From positions 8,645 to 72,644 of the forward strand of contig CAZQWS010000004.1 in NCBI GenBank assembly GCA_964597355.1: 64,000 nt of DNA. The letters are read 5' to 3'. Below the pieces are notes generated by a model. It searched no databases. It was given only the letters and a program-made list of their open reading frames with translations, and had not been told where the DNA came from. The translations under genes and the position numbers were made by a program. Numbering within the stretch: position 1 is the first letter of the stretch; each line of letters starts with the position of its first letter. This DNA is from an uncultured Bdellovibrionales bacterium (GTDB lineage: Bacteria > Patescibacteriota > Minisyncoccia > Moranbacterales > UBA1568). This document shows positions 10,054 to 21,373 of the stretch, piece by piece.

Positions 10054-10194
10054 ACACCTCGTATAACGTATTTCGTATCCCGTATGTGGCGTTCAAAATG
10101 CATAAAAAAATGTTACACTAAAAATAAGCTGTGTTAGTGCGAAACAAGAGACAAAAAAGCGATATACAAAATACTAAAACCGAAATACGAAATT

Positions 10195-11289
10195 ATGGAG
10201 CGACTGGAAGCAGAAAAACGCCTTAAAGATCTTTTGAATTTTGTGGGCCAACAAGGAGCCTCTGATTTGCACCTGGTGATGGGGCGGTACCCAACGCTAC
10301 GCATCAATGGGAAGCTGATTCCGCTAACTAAAGAAGCCGTGCTGACACCTGAGGACACTAAGGCGATGAGCGAGGTGTTGCTTACTGATGACAAACGTGA
10401 AGAGTTGATGTCCGATGGGCAAGCTGACCTCTCATACAGCTTAGGGGACAAGGCCAGATATCGTGTCAATATTTTCTTTCAGAAGGGATCTATTTCTGTC
10501 GCGATGCGTTTTATATCGAGCAAGATTCGTCGGCTTGAGGAGCTTGGGGTGCCGGCTTCGCTCTACAACTTTACTACTGCTTCACAAGGATTAGTCCTTA
10601 TGACGGGGCCGGTCGGCCATGGCAAATCGACGACCCTAGCTGCTCTCGTTGACTATATTAACCGCAATCAAGAGAAACATATTGTAACTATCGAAGATCC
10701 GATAGAATTCGTTTATGCCCAGGATCGTTGTATTATCAACCAGCGTGAAGTTGGTCGGGATGCCAAGACGTTTTCCTCAGCGCTTCGAGCGGTGCTTCGG
10801 GAAGATGTTAACGTGGTGCTCCTGGGTGAGCTCCGCGATCTCGACACTATCTCTACGGCGATGACTGCCGCTGAAACAGGCCATCTTATTTTCGCGACGC
10901 TTCATACCAACGACGCATCGCAAACCATTGATCGTATTATCGATGTTTTCCCGGCCCATCAGCAGAACCAGATTCGACTTCAGTTGGCTAATGTGCTCCT
11001 GGGGGTCGTGTCACAACGCCTCCTTCCTGGTCTCGCTGGTGGCCGGGTACCGGCAGTTGAAATCATGTTCATGAATCATGCCGTCGAGAATCTCATTCGT
11101 GAAAACAAAACTCACCAGATTGACTCAGTTATTGAAACCAGTCTCAAAGAGGGGATGATTTCGCTTGATCGCTCTTTGGCTGATCTGGTACGGCGCGGTG
11201 TTGTTTCGGCAGAGGATGCGACTGCCTACGCCAAGAATCGTGATTATCTCGCGATGCTTGTCGGTCGGGGTGATGTAACTATGCAATAG
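10195..11289 (+). CDS. pilT: type IV pilus retraction ATPase PilT/PilU family
   Basis: 364 aa with no N-terminal GSPII_E_N domain. Walker A GPVGHGKSTT, Walker B VLLGELRD, His box ATLHTNDASQTIDRI. Confidence 0.85.
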   Translation: MERLEAEKRLKDLLNFVGQQGASDLHLVMGRYPTLRINGKLIPLTKEAVLTPEDTKAMSEVLLTDDKREELMSDGQADLSYSLGDKARYRVNIFFQKGSISVAMRFISSKIRRLEELGVPASLYNFTTASQGLVLMTGPVGHGKSTTLAALVDYINRNQEKHIVTIEDPIEFVYAQDRCIINQREVGRDAKTFSSALRAVLREDVNVVLLGELRDLDTISTAMTAAETGHLIFATLHTNDASQTIDRIIDVFPAHQQNQIRLQLANVLLGVVSQRLLPGLAGGRVPAVEIMFMNHAVENLIRENKTHQIDSVIETSLKEGMISLDRSLADLVRRGVVSAEDATAYAKNRDYLAMLVGRGDVTMQ

Positions 11290-11302
11290 CGGCGAGTAAA
11301 GT

Positions 11303-12517
11303 ATGAAGTACACATTTAAAGCAAAAACTGAGACAGGGGAAATCAAAGAGGGTTTGGTAGAAGCGGTATCACGCGAAGCAGCTATCGAAATTCTCCAGCG
11401 TAACGGGCTCATTCCTCTTATTGTGAAGACAGAGGGCGGCGGCAGTCTCCCGTTTCTTCGTAGTATACAGCGACTTTGGGAGGGAGTGTCTTCCAAGGAG
11501 CTTATGCTGGTGTTTCGTCAGTTAGCGACTCTCATCCAGGCTCGAGTGCCGGTGGTGACTTCCGTAGAAACCGTAGCGGTTCAGGTGGAGAATAAATACT
11601 TTCGTGTTGTCTTACATGAGATCAAAGAAGACATCGAGGATGGTATGTCGTTTTCTGAGGCATTGGAAAAGCATCCCCAGGTATTTAATGCTATGACAGT
11701 CAGTATTATCCGGGCAGGAGAGGTGTCAGGTACTCTTCAGCGTTCGATTGAGTTTGTTGCCAACAATACTGAGAAGAATTATCATCTCACCTCCAAAGTG
11801 CGTGGAGCGCTTTTTTATCCGGCCTTTGTGTTTCTCGTGGCGGGGATTGTCGGGTTCCTCGTTATCTCCTTTATCCTACCAAAGATCACGACCCTCATCA
11901 AAGATCTTAATGTCCCAGTGCCATGGTATACGACACTTCTCATGAATCTCGGAGACTTTATGCATACCTACTGGTGGGCGGTTATGGTGGTACTCCTTGC
12001 GCTGGCTGGGGGAGCAGTCTACTATCTTCATACTGATGTTGGTAAGAGAGAATGGGATCGGATTCTCCTCAAATTGCCAGTTTTCAAGCTTTTGGCTAAG
12101 TATGTCTATATCACTCGTTTTGCAGAAAACCTTGGGGCGCTGATGGCAGGAGGCATCCCCGTGGTACGAGCGCTTATTATTACGAGTGAAGTGGTGGGTA
12201 ATAGTGTCTACACAGGTATTATTCTCAAAGCGGCAGATGAGGTAAAAACTGGCGGATCGATCAGTACGGTATTTAATCGTTATCCCAAAGAGATTCCGCA
12301 CATTGTCAGTCAGATGATTCGGATTGGAGAGGAAACGGGCTCGACTGCCAATGTCCTCGAAGGCGTGGCCCAGTTTTACAATCAGGAAGTAGAAGTAATG
12401 ACGAGAAATTTGACGACTTTGATCGAACCACTTCTCATCGCGATACTAGGACTCGGTGTTGGAATTCTCACGGTGGGAGTACTCCTTCCGATTTACAATA
12501 TCGCCGGACAAATCTAA
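11303..12517 (+). CDS. pilC: type IV pilus platform protein PilC (GspF family)
   Basis: 404 aa with two GspF-type repeats and three TM segments (FYPAFVFLVAGIVGFLVI etc.); synteny. Confidence 0.85.
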   Translation: MKYTFKAKTETGEIKEGLVEAVSREAAIEILQRNGLIPLIVKTEGGGSLPFLRSIQRLWEGVSSKELMLVFRQLATLIQARVPVVTSVETVAVQVENKYFRVVLHEIKEDIEDGMSFSEALEKHPQVFNAMTVSIIRAGEVSGTLQRSIEFVANNTEKNYHLTSKVRGALFYPAFVFLVAGIVGFLVISFILPKITTLIKDLNVPVPWYTTLLMNLGDFMHTYWWAVMVVLLALAGGAVYYLHTDVGKREWDRILLKLPVFKLLAKYVYITRFAENLGALMAGGIPVVRALIITSEVVGNSVYTGIILKAADEVKTGGSISTVFNRYPKEIPHIVSQMIRIGEETGSTANVLEGVAQFYNQEVEVMTRNLTTLIEPLLIAILGLGVGILTVGVLLPIYNIAGQI

Positions 12518-12624
12518 GTATGAAGCATACAGCTTGAAACTTAGAATATGCTGTTTTATGTTTCAAGTCTGATGTTCCATACCTTATGACCCATGTTTCA
12601 CGAGAGTGCGGGGTTGACAGGTTA

Positions 12625-12653
12625 TTGGTATTTGGTCTGCACTAGGGTATACT
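12625..12653 (+). promoter_or_regulatory. putative promoter of the major pilin gene
   Basis: TTGGTA (12625-30), 17-nt spacer, TATACT (12648-53). A strong SD AAAGGAGGTGAG lies 8 nt before the ATG. Confidence 0.4.
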
Positions 12654-12699
12654 GGAGATGTACAAAAAATAAAAACCAAAACAGAAAGGAGGTGAGAAT

Positions 12700-13092
12700 A
12701 TGAATAAAAAATTTAAAGGTTTCACCCTGATCGAACTCCTCATCGTAATTGCGATCATCGGTATTCTCGCCTCGATTGTGCTCGTATCTCTTTCAGGAGC
12801 TCGTGTGAAAGCAAAAGTTGCTTCGTACAAGGCTCAGGTGCACTCGGTGCAGGCTGCCGCTATTCTCGCATGTGACGACGCTACTCTGGTTGTTGGTGGT
12901 AATGTGAGCGAGCCAACCTCAGGAGTAAGCTACATTGGTGTTTTGGGTATTACTAGCCAAAACTGTACTACAACTGGTGCAGGTACTTTCACGATCGAAA
13001 CAGAAGCAGCTGGTACTGGTAACGCTAACTGTGAAGTAGCTGATAGTACTGACATCACTGAAAACGGTGTCGTGTTTCCAGCAGGTTGTTAG
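12700..13092 (+). CDS. pilA: type IV pilin (class III signal peptide), candidate major pilin
   Basis: MNKKFKG|[24 protein letters not shown]: prepilin cleavage motif with Glu at +5 and a hydrophobic alpha1 helix. 4 Cys in the C-terminal half (probable disulfide D-region). Strong RBS. Confidence 0.85.
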   Translation: MNKKFKGFTLIELLIVIAIIGILASIVLVSLSGARVKAKVASYKAQVHSVQAAAILACDDATLVVGGNVSEPTSGVSYIGVLGITSQNCTTTGAGTFTIETEAAGTGNANCEVADSTDITENGVVFPAGC

Positions 13093-13106
13093 TTCTTGGC
13101 TGATTG

Positions 13107-13131
13107 ATTCATCAAGTTTTACTTGATGAAT
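13107..13131 (+). other. 11-bp perfect hairpin between the two pilin genes
   Basis: attcatcaagt-ttt-acttgatgaat; no following T-run. Possible partial terminator or RNA processing site. Confidence 0.4.
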
Positions 13132-13175
13132 CTCTTCAGTTCGGACTCTTCTAAATTAGACTAATAATCGCTTTT

Positions 13176-13571
13176 GTGAAATCAAATCGAACTAGAGGCT
13201 TCACCCTTATCGAACTCCTCATCGTAATTGCGATCATCGGTATTCTCGCCTCGATTGTGCTCGTCTCACTTTCTGCTGGGCGCGAGAAAGCTAAAACAGC
13301 TCGTTTTAAGGCAGTAGTCCATTCAATTCAAACTGCTGCAATTGAAGCCTGTGACACGGGGGTTATTAACTATACTGATGTATCTGGATCATTTGGGGAT
13401 ATTCCCGATGATATAGGAGCTATTACCGATAATTCGCAAGACTGTGGTCCTAGTGCTTCCAATGACTTCAATGCAACAGTGCCAGCGGCTCTTCTTTCTG
13501 GAACATGTGATGCAGTGATTGAAGCAACAGGGATTACTTCCTTTACGGGTACTGCCCCTGGGTGCGTATAA
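13176..13571 (+). CDS. type IV pilin paralog (second pilin)
   Basis: GTG start. MKSNRTRG|[24 protein letters not shown]. The 5' roughly 66 nt of the mature-pilin coding region is nearly identical to that of the first pilin (1 mismatch), then the genes diverge. 4 Cys in the C-terminal half. Confidence 0.8.
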   Translation: MKSNRTRGFTLIELLIVIAIIGILASIVLVSLSAGREKAKTARFKAVVHSIQTAAIEACDTGVINYTDVSGSFGDIPDDIGAITDNSQDCGPSASNDFNATVPAALLSGTCDAVIEATGITSFTGTAPGCV

Positions 13572-13598
13572 TCAGTATTTTCTCTTGAGTAAAGTAAG

Positions 13599-13637
13599 AG
13601 CCCCCATCAGAAATTGACGGGGGCTTTGTTATTGCAG
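13599..13637. terminator. bidirectional rho-independent terminator
   Basis: agcccccatca-gaaat-tgacgggggct stem (1 mismatch) followed by TTTGTTATTG. Sits between the pilin-2 stop and the convergent M23 peptidase stop. Confidence 0.55.
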
Positions 13638-13656
13638 GTGCTGCTGCTAGAAGTGA

Positions 13657-14891
13657 TCAGTGTTGCCAGAGGACGCCGTTGACGCCATCGCCATAGGGAT
13701 CGACCCGATCCCAACTACCGGAAACGTTCTTTTTGTACACCTCAAGGTGAATATGGTTGGCTCTATCTGCCCCGACGCTTCCCACATCAGCGATATACTG
13801 GCCGCGAGTGACGGGAGCGTAGCCCTGCGAGGCGATGGTCGACCACACGGAGTTTTCCAGGTTCTTGCTATGAAGAAACACGGTCATGTATTCGTCAGTG
13901 GATCCGTTGATGTACATCGGACCATGAAGAACATAGAAAGTGTGGTAGTTCCCCCATTTGACAGTGGTGGTCTCAGGAGCTGCAGCCAAAGGACATACCG
14001 CAGCATCTCTCCACACGTTAGCTGGTGAGCGCGGGGCTGTGAATTCGGTAGCTACACACAGCTTGCCATCGGCTGGAGCAAGGATATCTACTCCACTGGG
14101 TTGTGGGTAATCGTACCCTGGGTGCCCGTCGTAGCAGAGAGTCTTTTTGTTGAGGGTACCTCTCGTTCCAACATAGTTGATGATGCCAACCAGAAACGCT
14201 GTTCTATCTAGTTTCCAGCGGCAAGTACTTCCCGGAACTGGGCCCTCTGTACCCACTTCGCCATTGAAGGCAGTGACCCGATTGTCGGTATCGGCGACAT
14301 AGAGACCATTCATTGTGTGGTCCAAGACTGCTGATACTGGTGCAGTGTAGGCGGTGAGGTCGGCGAGAGGGAAGGAGAGGTAGCTCGGTTTTTGTCCACC
14401 GAAGCTGGATGCTGGAATTAGGAGTTCATTGGCAGCAACGTTGTAGAGGCCGAAGTTGCCATTGAAGTTATAAGCTTCGTTTTTGTAGTGAAGATCGCGA
14501 GTCGAGCGGAACAAGGTACCAAGACCGTAAGTTCGCGCTGTCACTTGAACTGGGTTCGAAAGACTTTGCCAAAGCCCATTCCACGATGAGCCATCATGTA
14601 CTTGCCAGATGCATATTCCGGGCGATGTATAGTAGTTCAGCTGGATGTCATAGCCAAAGGAGTTTTGCTCGAACTTTGGGGTGAAGTTATCTGGACAGTA
14701 AACAGCTACAACGCTTTTCCCATCAGGGGGTTGTTTAGTTCTACCTGTTGGATATGGGTGTAGGTGACTCCGTTGTAGAGGAACGGAATAGTTTGTGGAG
14801 GATCGGCCCAGGCGGCGGAGGCCGTGTTGGAGAACGGGACGAAGTAACACGCCGCGAAGAGCGCGTGTACGACACGGGAGACAATGCTCAT
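13657..14891 (-). CDS. secreted M23 (LytM) family metallopeptidase, apparently frameshifted near the N-terminus
   Basis: C-terminal M23 motifs: GHPGYDY (HxxxD) and NHIHLEV (HxH). The signal peptide MSIVSRVVHALFAACYFVPFSNTASA exists only in the 14891..14706 frame, and the long ORF N-terminus (to 15000) is Arg-rich junk. Adding one base in the G5 tract at 14726-14730 fuses the signal peptide in-frame: ...QQVELNNPPDGKSVVAVYCPDNF... Confidence 0.6.
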
Positions 14892-15075
14892 GATTTACCT
14901 CATCGGTTGGTTTGAGGAGAGGGTGGGATACGTTGGCGAGAGAGGTTTGGCTACATTTGCTTCTCCTTGGGTTGTTAATGGACAGTGGTAGAGTATACAA
15001 AATGTCCCGAGACAGGTCAATGTTTGGTATAATGGGCTTATATGTTTTTCACAACCTTTTTTCTGAGAAGAGCTT

Positions 15076-16305
15076 ATGGAAGTTAATCGAAAGCAACTTT
15101 TGTTTGTCGGGCTGAGTCTTGTTTTTACCTGTGGAGTTTTTCTTGCCGTAGTAAAGACGTTAGAGCTGATACAATTTGAAAACGACGTGCATCGAACTTC
15201 CCAGCAAAACTCTGAAATGGAACAAAATAGAGGTGTTCCCCAACGACAAGATCAGCTACCCCCTGAATCTGTAAATCAACGAAAGAAAGGGTGTACTCTG
15301 ATGCGAAGAGTAGGTGATAAGTTTGAAAATGTATTTGGACCAAGTTGCTATGGAAAGACCGTTCGATGGGAAAACTATATCTTTTTCTCGGAAGTAACCG
15401 AATATAAGCCTAAGGTTGGCAGTAATGTTATTCTTTTTTCTTACGATATTAATACCGGAGAAAAGAAAGAAGTTTATAATTTAGATGAGTATAGAGATGA
15501 GTTCCTTACAGAGTTCCCTTATGTCACCTACGAGGTTACTTTTTTAGATGTGATAGAAGGGAGATTGTACTTTTCATTAGGTGGATATGTGACAGGCTCT
15601 ATTCTGTATTCATTTGATTTACCACCCGTAGAAGGAACTGCTGAGTCAGTGGCTAAAGATTTTATAAGAATTGAGTACGGGGATGGTAGATACTGGTTGC
15701 ATAATTCGTTTGGTGATGCGTGTGTTGGATCAAATACGAGAGCAGTTTTTGATATTAATACTGGGAAAATTGGTAAAAAACTGACTGTTCAACAGGGCTG
15801 CAACGAGGGGGAAGATGTTATTGGAGCGAGCGATAAAGAGATATATATTAAGAAGTACTTCCAACAAAATATAGTCGCTGTAGAAACAGAAGGAATTCCT
15901 ACCCCTCCTACGATTCAGGAAATTTACTCATTAGACATTGATACCTTGAAAAAGAAGAGGGTTATCTTTAGCTCAAAGAACTTTTCAGGAGTAGTCAGTG
16001 ACGCACTCTATTTGTACGATAAAAAGAACTTCCTGCTTATTACTGATAATAACTTGGTCTTCTACTTTCCTGAGAGTTCAGGGTTGGAGAAAATTGCTAA
16101 TGTTGGTCAGTCGGAATTTGATATTCGCTTAAGTCGATTGGGAGATAGAATATGTTTGGATTGGAATGATGAAGTCGATTTGGAGAATAAAAAAATTATT
16201 AAAGATCAAGAAGATTGTCAGCAAGTACATTTGGATGATTCAATTCCCGAACAGATAGAACGATTCAATTTGCCAAAGGAGTATTTGATGGAAGTAACTT
16301 ATTAA
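15076..16305 (+). CDS. hypothetical N-terminally anchored/secreted protein (strongly AT-rich gene)
   Basis: 409 aa. N-terminal TM/signal anchor LLFVGLSLVFTCGVFLAVV, then a large Tyr/Asp/Gly-rich domain with no recognised motif. Local GC of sampled stretches is about 25-35%, against about 45-55% in flanking pil genes. Confidence 0.5.
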   Translation: MEVNRKQLLFVGLSLVFTCGVFLAVVKTLELIQFENDVHRTSQQNSEMEQNRGVPQRQDQLPPESVNQRKKGCTLMRRVGDKFENVFGPSCYGKTVRWENYIFFSEVTEYKPKVGSNVILFSYDINTGEKKEVYNLDEYRDEFLTEFPYVTYEVTFLDVIEGRLYFSLGGYVTGSILYSFDLPPVEGTAESVAKDFIRIEYGDGRYWLHNSFGDACVGSNTRAVFDINTGKIGKKLTVQQGCNEGEDVIGASDKEIYIKKYFQQNIVAVETEGIPTPPTIQEIYSLDIDTLKKKRVIFSSKNFSGVVSDALYLYDKKNFLLITDNNLVFYFPESSGLEKIANVGQSEFDIRLSRLGDRICLDWNDEVDLENKKIIKDQEDCQQVHLDDSIPEQIERFNLPKEYLMEVTY

Positions 16306-16334
16306 GGAAGTGCCTTTGATAGTACGCTGAAGAT

Positions 16335-17156
16335 ATGGAAACGATATTCTTTTTTTTATTGGGGCTTATTATTGGGAGTTTTCTCAATGTAGTCGTGCTT
16401 CGCTTTGAGAAACAAGAGTCGCTGGGTGGTCGATCACATTGTCCTTATTGTGGAGTGCTCATTCATTGGTATGACAATATTCCGCTTCTCTCGTACTTGC
16501 TGCTTAGGGGGAAGTGTCGCTCTTGTGGGGAATCTATTTCCCTCCAGTACCCCTTGGTTGAATTTTTCACGGGGAGCATCTTTGTGTTTATCGGTCAGCT
16601 ATATTTTGCTTCGACGCTATTCGATCAGGAGGCAATGCTGACAACCGGTTGGTATCTGATGCTCTCGAGTGTACTCATTGCTGTCTTGGTAGCTGATCTT
16701 CGGACCATGGAGATCCCGCTCGTGTTTTTGGTGACTGGAGTTATTGGCTCAGTCTTGTTTATTCTCCTTGCTACTCTGCTTTTCCACTCAGATACCTGGA
16801 GTCTTCCAGGAGCATGGTGGCAGATGCAGCTCTTGGGTGGAGCGGTAGCAACTTTTCTTTTTTGGCTCCTCGTCTTTTTTTCCAAAGAAACCTGGATGGG
16901 GATGGGGGATGTCTGGCTGGCGGGGATAGTCGGACTGACGGTTGGAATAGAGCACCTCCTCTTTACACTGACACTTGGTTTTTTTTTGGGGGCAGCGATA
17001 GGGCTGGTGCTTATTTTGTTACAAAAGAAACAATTACAAAGCCAGATCCCTTTTGCTCCCTTTCTCATCGTAGGTCTTTTTATGAGCATGGGTATACTCT
17101 GGATCAATCCTGGATGGCTGCATTTGTTTCTTGTGCCGGTTTCAGCATTTCTCTAA
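16335..17156 (+). CDS. pilD: prepilin peptidase PilD (A24 family)
   Basis: 273 aa. N-terminal CPYCG...CRSCG zinc-binding motif, about 7 TM helices, conserved Asp-containing loops (MGMGDVWLAG). Confidence 0.85.
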   Translation: METIFFFLLGLIIGSFLNVVVLRFEKQESLGGRSHCPYCGVLIHWYDNIPLLSYLLLRGKCRSCGESISLQYPLVEFFTGSIFVFIGQLYFASTLFDQEAMLTTGWYLMLSSVLIAVLVADLRTMEIPLVFLVTGVIGSVLFILLATLLFHSDTWSLPGAWWQMQLLGGAVATFLFWLLVFFSKETWMGMGDVWLAGIVGLTVGIEHLLFTLTLGFFLGAAIGLVLILLQKKQLQSQIPFAPFLIVGLFMSMGILWINPGWLHLFLVPVSAFL

Positions 17157-17198
17157 AGATAGGAAAAAACTTTTTCTCGAGGTAGAATAGAGAAGCCT

Positions 17199-17741
17199 AT
17201 GCTTGCTTCCCCAAAAAAAGTTCGCGGGTTTACCCTGATTGAAATGGTGATTGTGATCGCAATCATTGGTTTAACTTCGAGTATCGTCATTACATCGCTC
17301 TCATCAAATCGATCAGCTCGCGAAACTGATCGGGCCATACATGTGTTGGCCGGAGCTTTGCGTGAGGCTCAGAATTATGCCCTGACTGGAAAAAGCGTCA
17401 ACGCTGCTCAAGAAAATTGTTACTTCGCCATCCGTTTTACGAGTGCTACCCAGTACACATTGGCAAATTATTATCGTTCTGGAGGTGATTGTACTAGCTA
17501 TACGACCATCTCAACGACGACGCTTCCCAGCGGAGCGACGTTTACCGGGTTTGGGAGCTATCCTACGGTACTGGCTTTTGAGTTGCCTCGGGCCGAGGTG
17601 TACAGCGCCACGGACGGTGCCCTGGCCAATCTATTGATCGCTCAGCTTATCGGAGTCATGAAATCGAGTCAGACACACTATCTCTGCCTTTACCCGACTG
17701 GACGGGTTGAGGAAAGGGGTACAGACGCTAGTTGTCCATAA
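17199..17741 (+). CDS. minor pilin / pseudopilin
   Basis: MLASPKKVRG|FTLIEMVIVIAIIGLTSSIVI: class III signal peptide with E+5. 180 aa. Confidence 0.7.
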   Translation: MLASPKKVRGFTLIEMVIVIAIIGLTSSIVITSLSSNRSARETDRAIHVLAGALREAQNYALTGKSVNAAQENCYFAIRFTSATQYTLANYYRSGGDCTSYTTISTTTLPSGATFTGFGSYPTVLAFELPRAEVYSATDGALANLLIAQLIGVMKSSQTHYLCLYPTGRVEERGTDASCP

Positions 17742-18325
17742 AAGATTGTATTATGCCCCCCTCTTTTCTTAATGTATCTAATCGTACCAAAGGTTTTACG
17801 ATAGGAGAGGTAGTACTCTCTAGTTTTGTGATGACCCTGGGCATTGTTTCTGTGCTGGGACTTATTACGTTTTCTTTCCAATCTTCGGTTGAATCTCAAA
17901 ACCTGATCGTGGCTTCAGAACTTGCCCAGGAAGGAGTGGAATTGGTAAGGAATATTCGAGACAATGCTTTGGTAGATAAGATCGCTACCGGCTCGCCGAC
18001 AGATGTTTTTTCGGTTGGTAATTGGCCAGCAGGAGTCAATAGTCGCTGTATTATTGACTACAATGACGTAGCTTTGAGTTGCGGCGGCCCTGATCCTCAA
18101 CTTGTTTTGACGGGGGGATTTTATGGACATTCAGCCGGAGTCGGTCGTTTCTATCGTTTGCTCAAAATCGATCATACCGGAGGATCTGATACGGCTCGAG
18201 TGAAGAGCTTTGTTACCTGGCAAAATCCAGAGGGCAACCTAAACGGTGTCGGTGGGGATACTGCCTGGTGTACCATTGCCAATAAGTGTACGTATACTGA
18301 AGTTTTCTTAACTGAGTGGAAGTAA
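17732..18325 (+). CDS. minor pilin / pseudopilin (PilV-like)
   Basis: ...SNRTKG|FTIGEVVLSSFVMTLGIV, prepilin motif with E+5. The likely true start is ATG 17753 (MPPSFLN...). Overlaps the neighbouring genes, consistent with an operon. Confidence 0.6.
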   Translation: MSIKDCIMPPSFLNVSNRTKGFTIGEVVLSSFVMTLGIVSVLGLITFSFQSSVESQNLIVASELAQEGVELVRNIRDNALVDKIATGSPTDVFSVGNWPAGVNSRCIIDYNDVALSCGGPDPQLVLTGGFYGHSAGVGRFYRLLKIDHTGGSDTARVKSFVTWQNPEGNLNGVGGDTAWCTIANKCTYTEVFLTEWK

Positions 18326-18927
18326 TACCTATGACATCTTTGTTTTTACGTCGGAAAAAATGTAAAGGCTATACCCTAGTCGAAATCGTAGCTGCGCTTG
18401 GAGCATTTACACTCATTATGTTGACGGTTACCCAAATCTTTGGGCGTTCTTTGGTTTCTTATCGTGAAACCAAGAAGACACAGACAAATCTAGAGACAGC
18501 CCAATCGGCTTTGAATCTGATGGCCAAGGAACTTCGTACGTCGAGCATCGTAGATGCGAGTGCGGGGGCGACCATCTCTTCGATTAAGTTTTTTGATTAT
18601 TCTCAGAACCGGTGTATTGAGTACGTCTTTCATGAAACCGATGCACAGATTACTCGTCGAGAAGTCGACTACGTAGATCCAGATCCTGCTGATAATCTTG
18701 TAGATGAACAATGGAATTATTGTAGTGGTCATACGTTCGTCAGTGCTCCAGAAGTCCTTTTGGTTGGTCTCTCGGAGCAGTCTCTCAATGTGGTTACCTC
18801 TGTTATGCCCAATCCTGATCCTCGAGTGGGCAGAGTCTCAGTCGTAGTAACGGTTGGCCAGGGGAGCAATGCTACCACACTTCAGACGACAGTTTCCCTC
18901 CGCGACTTCAACTACACGGGGACCTAG
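18316..18927 (+). CDS. minor pilin / pseudopilin (PilW/X-like)
   Basis: ...RRKKCKG|YTLVEIVAALGAFTLIMLTV, prepilin motif with E+5. Likely start at ATG 18331 (MTSLFL...). Confidence 0.6.
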   Translation: MEVIPMTSLFLRRKKCKGYTLVEIVAALGAFTLIMLTVTQIFGRSLVSYRETKKTQTNLETAQSALNLMAKELRTSSIVDASAGATISSIKFFDYSQNRCIEYVFHETDAQITRREVDYVDPDPADNLVDEQWNYCSGHTFVSAPEVLLVGLSEQSLNVVTSVMPNPDPRVGRVSVVVTVGQGSNATTLQTTVSLRDFNYTGT

Positions 18928-18996
18928 TATCCCTGGTATACGGGAGAGAAAAATGAGAGAGATTGGACTCATGACAAACAGGCTAAATGCTGATAG

Positions 18997-21084
<2,088 letters not shown>

Positions 21085-21088
21085 ACCT

Positions 21089-21370
21089 ATGTCGCTCAGT
21101 CGTGAGGAAGTACAACATATCGCTCGGCTCGCTCGAATCGGGCTAACAGAAAAAGAAGAGGAAAAATTCCAAGGAGATCTTTCTTCTGTTTTTGGTTTGA
21201 TTGAGGAACTCAAAAAAGCCAGGGTGGGGGAGGAACATGTAACCATTGAAAATAGGGGTATGAACCGTTCACGAGAGGATGTGGCGGTGCAGCAGGATGA
21301 TTCGAGTGAAATAGCCAAGAATTTTCCCAGCCATAAAGATGGTTTTAATAAAGTACGCTCTGTCTTTTAG
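21089..21370 (+). CDS. gatC: Asp/Glu-tRNA amidotransferase subunit C
   Basis: 93 aa: MSLSREEVQHIARLARIGLTEKEEEKFQGDLSSVFGLIEEL, the GatC signature. Immediately precedes gatA. Confidence 0.8.
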   Translation: MSLSREEVQHIARLARIGLTEKEEEKFQGDLSSVFGLIEELKKARVGEEHVTIENRGMNRSREDVAVQQDDSSEIAKNFPSHKDGFNKVRSVF

Positions 21371-21373
21371 CCT

